DNA from: Convolutriloba macropyga
Taxonomy: Eukaryota
Assembly (NCBI RefSeq): GCF_964194025.1
Contig: NC_134482.1
Span: 22,692,001-22,756,000 of the forward strand
Length of the DNA: 64,000 nucleotides
Direction: 5' to 3'
Under the pieces are notes generated by a model. It worked only from the letters and a program-made list of their open reading frames with translations, made no database searches and was not told the origin of the DNA. Both the position numbers and the translations under genes were made by a program. Positions 58,900-64,000 of this stretch are shown piece by piece (the stretch's first letter is position 1; each line of letters begins with the position of its first letter).

Positions 58900-61800
58900 T
58901 TTGCGGGCGTGAAATGAACAGTACTCAACTCTCCTTTCAGAGTTAACATATGTACAATGTGTATAAATATATAAGATACGAGTTTATAAATAAGGATACT
59001 AAATAGGTGTAAAACTTGGATGCAGTGATGATTTTAATGTGAACCGGATGGAAACGGTATCTCATTTCCTCTATTGTGAAGAAATCCGATGTTATTGGAT
59101 TTCGTTTAGTGCTTTAATATCGTCCTTGTTGAGGTCGGATATTTGATCGGTCAGTTGTGACGAAGGAGGGGTTTGGTAGATTTGTGAACTAGCTGGACTT
59201 TTGATGGTCCTCAAATGGATAGATGCTGTGATTGGAGCATCTTCTTGGTGTGTTTTCTCCTTGTTCTCTACATCTATTAAAAGCTGGTTCCAATCGAACT
59301 GGTTGGCTGTTGTCCTTTTCGTGTTCATCTATTGGGACTTTCTCCATTTGGAGTGGTTTTGTACTGCTTCCTACGTGAGGTGAGCTCAAAAAGTCAAGGT
59401 AGATGACATGAGGTTCCGTGTCATCGTCCTCCTGTGGTTCAGTGTTACTTTTGTCCGATCAATCAGGTGTTCTTTGATCAGGATTTTCGGCATTAGTGGT
59501 GTTGATCTTTTGGACCATTTTGTCTATTTTTTTAGTTGATCTGTTGAAGCCCAAGTTGAAATTGTAGTTAGGATCGTTGTCTTTGTCAATTGTTTTGGTT
59601 GCAACTAGTTGTGGTCTTTCCGTTTGTGGACTGATGGGGCAGTTCTCCATAAAGTCCTTGGGATCGTTGCTTGCCATAATTTCGTAGGAGTTTGTGGGGT
59701 CTGACTCGACATTGAAGATCTGTATGAATGGTGGCTGTGGTTCGGGGTTTATGAAAATAAAGAACGATCGGTTTGTTTCCGAGTCTGATCCGATGGACTG
59801 TAGTCTCCTTGTGGAGGCGACGATGGATTGCTTTAGTGCGGCTTGTTTAGCCTTTTCGTTAAAGCTTTGTTTTGAGTGCTTTGCTTTATCTTTTGTTTCT
59901 TGGTTTCTTTTCTGTCTTTTGTGCTTTGTTTTTCTTTTTGGTTTTTGTAGCGAGCTGTATAAAATTATCTTTGGTTCTTTTTGTCATGCCTTTGTTGGTC
60001 GCTCTCCTCTTGGGTTGTCTCTTGGGTTCGTCTTGTGTTCTTGCTCTTTTCAGCGTCTTCTTGGGTGTGGGTCCATTTGGTATTCCTGACGGTCCGGTAG
60101 CTCGTGGTTTCCAAACATTGTTTGTACAACTTCTGTAGGCGGTGGTTTGTCGGTCTGGTTTGCCCCTTTGGCTTCTTTTCTTTTTCGAAACTTTTCGAAT
60201 CTTTTCTTACTTTCTTTTATATTGACCTACGGTCTTACATGCTACCATGTGTATTAATTGTGGTTTAGTTTCTGGCGGTTTCGGTAATGGCTTAGTTTCA
60301 GTAGCGATGGCTCCATCATTTTTTCTTGTGACTGTATTTTCTCTTAGTGAGGTGTCAAGCGTTATGGTGTGTGGAGTATAGTTTGTTATAGTGCCATCCG
60401 ATATTATGTTCCATTGGGAGGCTAATATCTGTCTTGGTTCTTTCGCTTTTCTAGCTATGGATTTACGAGCCACGTTTCGTTTGTTATATATTATCTTAGT
60501 TGTTTTATCTCCGATGGAGAAATGTAGTTCGGATGGTGTTATCTTTCTTGGGGATCTTGAAAATAGTGGAACGTTTTCAGAGTCGTTGGAATCTATTTGT
60601 ATGAGTAGAGTGTTTGGGGATGTATCTGTCCTGCACTGAATATCCAGTTCGTCTTCGGAACTGCCGTCTCTTCTCCACATTTCTTCTTGTGCTGGAGCAT
60701 TGTGTCAGAGTGTTTGCTTGTCTAAACGTGTACTTTTTGTTTTTGGTAGGATAAATTTTTTGTAGCTGGTTTAGTTAGCATATTACTTAATTCTGTATTG
60801 GGTTTTCTACCAAAGTGTGCTTCGAATGGGGTTACCCTAGTTGTTCTATTAGGTATCAGTCGTATGTTTCGATTATGTTTGCTATTCTAGCACTTAGTTT
60901 TTCTGAGCTCCAAATGGGGTCAATATCTAGGACTGCTAAACGTCGTTTTATTGTTTGTATAGATCTTTCTACCATCCCTGATCCTCTATGATCTCCCGCT
61001 GGAGCAAGTATTAGTTTGATATTTCAATTTTTAAAAAATTTTTCAAACTCTTTTGCTTTAAGCGCTTGTGCCTGGTCACATCGTATTGATCGAGGAATGC
61101 CGTGTTTTTTACAATAGCGTTCTAAATAATCTATCGCTGTATTTGTGTCAGAATTATGGAATGTCTCCGCGTGAGGGGAGGCAGTCGATCTAGGGTTACT
61201 AGTTGATCTAGGGTTACCCGCTGGAGCAAGTATTAGTTTGATATTTCTATTTTTAAAAAATTTTTCAAACTCTTTTGCTTTAAGCGCTTGTGCCTGGTCA
61301 CATCGTATTGATCGAGGAATGCCGTGTTTTTTACAATAGCGTTCTAAATAATCTATCGCTGTATTTGTGTCAGAATTATGGAATGTCTCCGCGTGAGGGG
61401 AGGCAGTCGATCTAGGGTTACTAGTATATAATTATTTTGTGTGCTAATTTTGTATGGAATTGGCCCGGCGAAATCCATTTGGATTTCCTGGTTAGGTTCT
61501 TCTAAAATAGGTAGCTTTCCTAATTGTGTTTTATGTATTAAAGCTTTAAGGTTTTTACCTTTGTCTATGCACTGTCTGCAAGATTTTGCTTTGGATACGA
61601 TTTCCGAATGTATATATGGCCACCATATAAGTTTAGCTAAAGCGAGCATCCCCAATTGTCCAGGATGTTTGTGGTGTATTGTTTCCAGACTAATTATTTT
61701 AATCGAGATGGAGTGACTAAGCGATTATCAGAAAGAAGGCAATTTGTTGGTGTAGCCGATAAGTCCCTTCGAATGCGGTAATACAGGGGGTTTACTTTTT

Positions 61801-64000
61801 TGAGGTCATCCCAATTTTGTGTAATTACGTAATCTATAATAACTTTTAGTTCTTTTTGGGACGCTTCGGCAATGAAATATTCGTTGGACACTTTTGTAAG
61901 ATTTTCGCAATAAGTAGGAGTTGGGGTGTCCGGATAATCTGTAAATAATTCAACATGTTTTGTTGCATCGATTGGGTCAAGTCCTTTTCCCTTGTTGGAT
62001 GTGTAGTCTGTTTGGGTATTTGAGGATTTATAAGTTTTGGAGCGGTTGTTTGATCCATGTGGAGATTTTTTGGTTTATTTGTGGCTCTATGTTTTTTAGT
62101 ATTGGTATTTTGAATGTATCGCGAAGTGGATTTCGCCTGGTGGTAATGGCTACAAAATTGTTGATGTTAAATGGAAAAAAGATTTCGATTTGTTGTCTGA
62201 ATTAACATGTGTAATCGAGTATAACTTGTTTTGGCGTTGTTTTAGGGCAAAAAGCGTTGTTTGCTGTGTTACGTATTTGAGTTGGATTAATTACGTCATT
62301 CATGACTTGTTTTCTGTCTGCAATTTGCTGGTTGTTTCAATTACTCCATTTGGAGTCAATGCGTTGCGTAGCAGTCTGAAATTTATTTCGTCTATTGTAT
62401 TTATTACGAAATTTTTCTCTTCGTCTGAGGGTTGGATTGCATCTCCAGTTGGATTTCTGCTTGGGTAGTCGGCAAAGCCCGTGTTTTTCTCTGGGACATA
62501 ATCTACTTTGAAGTGAAATGGTAGGAGACGATCTACCCATCGTGTTAGCCAACTTCGATAGGTTTTATTTCCTCTATTTTCTTTGAGCGCTGTAAGTAGT
62601 GTTTGATGGTCCGTTTGGAGTATGAATTCTGATCCATATAGGTAGTATTTGAAATGTTCTAACGCCCATACTACCGCTAGGATTTTCAATTCGTTGGTGC
62701 TATACTGTGACTCTAGGTTATTTAGGAAATGACTGGCGAAAGCAATAGGTTCCCATGTGGTGCCAAATTTTTGTTCTAAGCAAGCTGCTAAGGCTTTTTT
62801 GCTATCATCACAACGTAACCTCGTTAGTTTTGATGTATCGAAGTGTTTGTTTCCCGTTATTTTCTGTATTTGTGATTTGATTTGATTGAATGCTGTTTTG
62901 TATGTATATCTTTCCAATCTAGTTTACTTTGGGATTTTGTGTTTGCTTTTGATAGCAACGGGCGTAGTGGTTCCGATAGTTTTACCAAGTTTGGGAAAAA
63001 TTTTATTAGATGGTGGATGCAACCCATAAGCAAACGTAGTTTTTTCAGCGTTTTAGGGTTTTCTAAATTTATGATTGCATCACATTTTTGTTTTTTTGGG
63101 GTTTCTCCATTTGTAGTAACGATGAACCCGACCCATGTGATTTCTTCTCTCGCGAGTCTATGAGGTGGTCGATGCCTGGCATTTGGTATTTGTTTTTGTG
63201 TATTGCATCGTTTATTTTTTGGAATCAAGAGCTATTTTCACTGTTTTTTGTCATTCTTCACGGCTATTACTACTGGGCTTATGAAATGTTCAATAGTTCG
63301 TCGGAACATTTATTTAGTTTTATTATTTGTTTATCTTCTATCAGTTTTTGTAGTTCGTTTTGCACTTTTTCGAGGAGGTGTAACGGTACCCGACGTTCTT
63401 TGTGATGGGAAGGGGTGTACTCCGTTTTGAAAATCGATTTTGCGATGTGATTTTTAGAACGACCTAGACGCGTGCATTAGTGGATACTTTTGGAATATCC
63501 ATTTTAGTATATTTTTCTCCGTTTGGAGTAGGGATATTAAGTTGATGTTCTTACCAGTGTTTTTGTGGCGTTTAGTGGGACGCCCAATTTTGATAGTAGA
63601 TCTCTTCCCATGATGTTTTTCTCTTGTGTTTGCTATCAATAGTCTGCAAGCTTTTGCCGACCATTATCCTGACTTTATATCGATTATTAATACTATTTTT
63701 ATGTCAATGTTGTTGTTACTGAAGCATTTGTAGGTTGTATGTTCCGTGAAGTCTTGTATTTTTGTATTCGGTTTCTCCTTTTGGAGTTGTTGTGCTGTTT
63801 CTTGGTTTATGAACGAACGTGGTGAGCCAGTATCTGCAAGCAATTGTAATTTTTGTGTATTTGTTGTTGTGCCTACCCAAAATTCTACGTCTTGCTCCTT
63901 GTTGACTATGTCGTTCTTCTTTGTGAAAAGAAAATTGTGTTGGGCGAATAAGGTTGCCCAATCGTCATGGATTTCCTTAATATACAGTGCGGACTCGGCG
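58900..64000 (-). mobile_element. Decayed Gypsy/Ty3 LTR retrotransposon, continuing beyond the window
   Basis: Protease LADTGSP (~63830); RT start RRVPLHL, core deleted, then ITWVGF...KTLKKLR; RNase H PIAFAS...YSTNEL..LAVVWALEHFKYYLYG..FILQTDH; integrase HHCC (H.HPG...WWP...CRQC) and MDFAGP. Order is PR-RT-RH-IN, with a long post-integrase region. Confidence 0.9.

Noticed and set aside
58746-58940. Candidate Gypsy 3' LTR and polypurine tract
   Set aside because: TGTTC...GAACA ends and a purine run are present, but the spacing is atypical and the partner LTR is outside the window, so it cannot be verified.

Overview
AT-rich eukaryotic (animal-type, intron-containing) genomic DNA dominated by mobile elements. 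The only clearly intact host gene is a two-exon MFS transporter of the SV2/SVOP (SLC22-related) type on the minus strand (20664-17946, 536 aa once spliced). A complete but decayed 20.3-kb Polinton/Maverick (adintovirus-like) element is inserted about 520 bp upstream of it (21186-41442). It has a 6-bp TSD (AATGTG) and 108-bp TIRs that are themselves palindromic. It encodes a protein-primed PolB with an endonuclease-VII-like insert, a retroviral-type integrase (partly duplicated), an adenain protease, two A32-type ATPases, hexon, penton and several accessory genes. Downstream (41.6-58.6 kb) are seven 5'-truncated Penelope-like (RT + GIY-YIG) copies. Four of them are fused to CR1/L2-type LINE fragments in a ~2.1-2.3-kb tandem unit. 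Their RT carries an in-frame PHD finger between motif B' and YVDD, the most unusual signal in the window, and two copies end in a minimal hammerhead-like motif. Also present: two decayed Gypsy elements, two non-autonomous CCCGGG-terminated DNA elements with 2-bp TSDs, tRNA-derived repeats and several local duplications. All alignments and counts were done by eye; no database searches were run.
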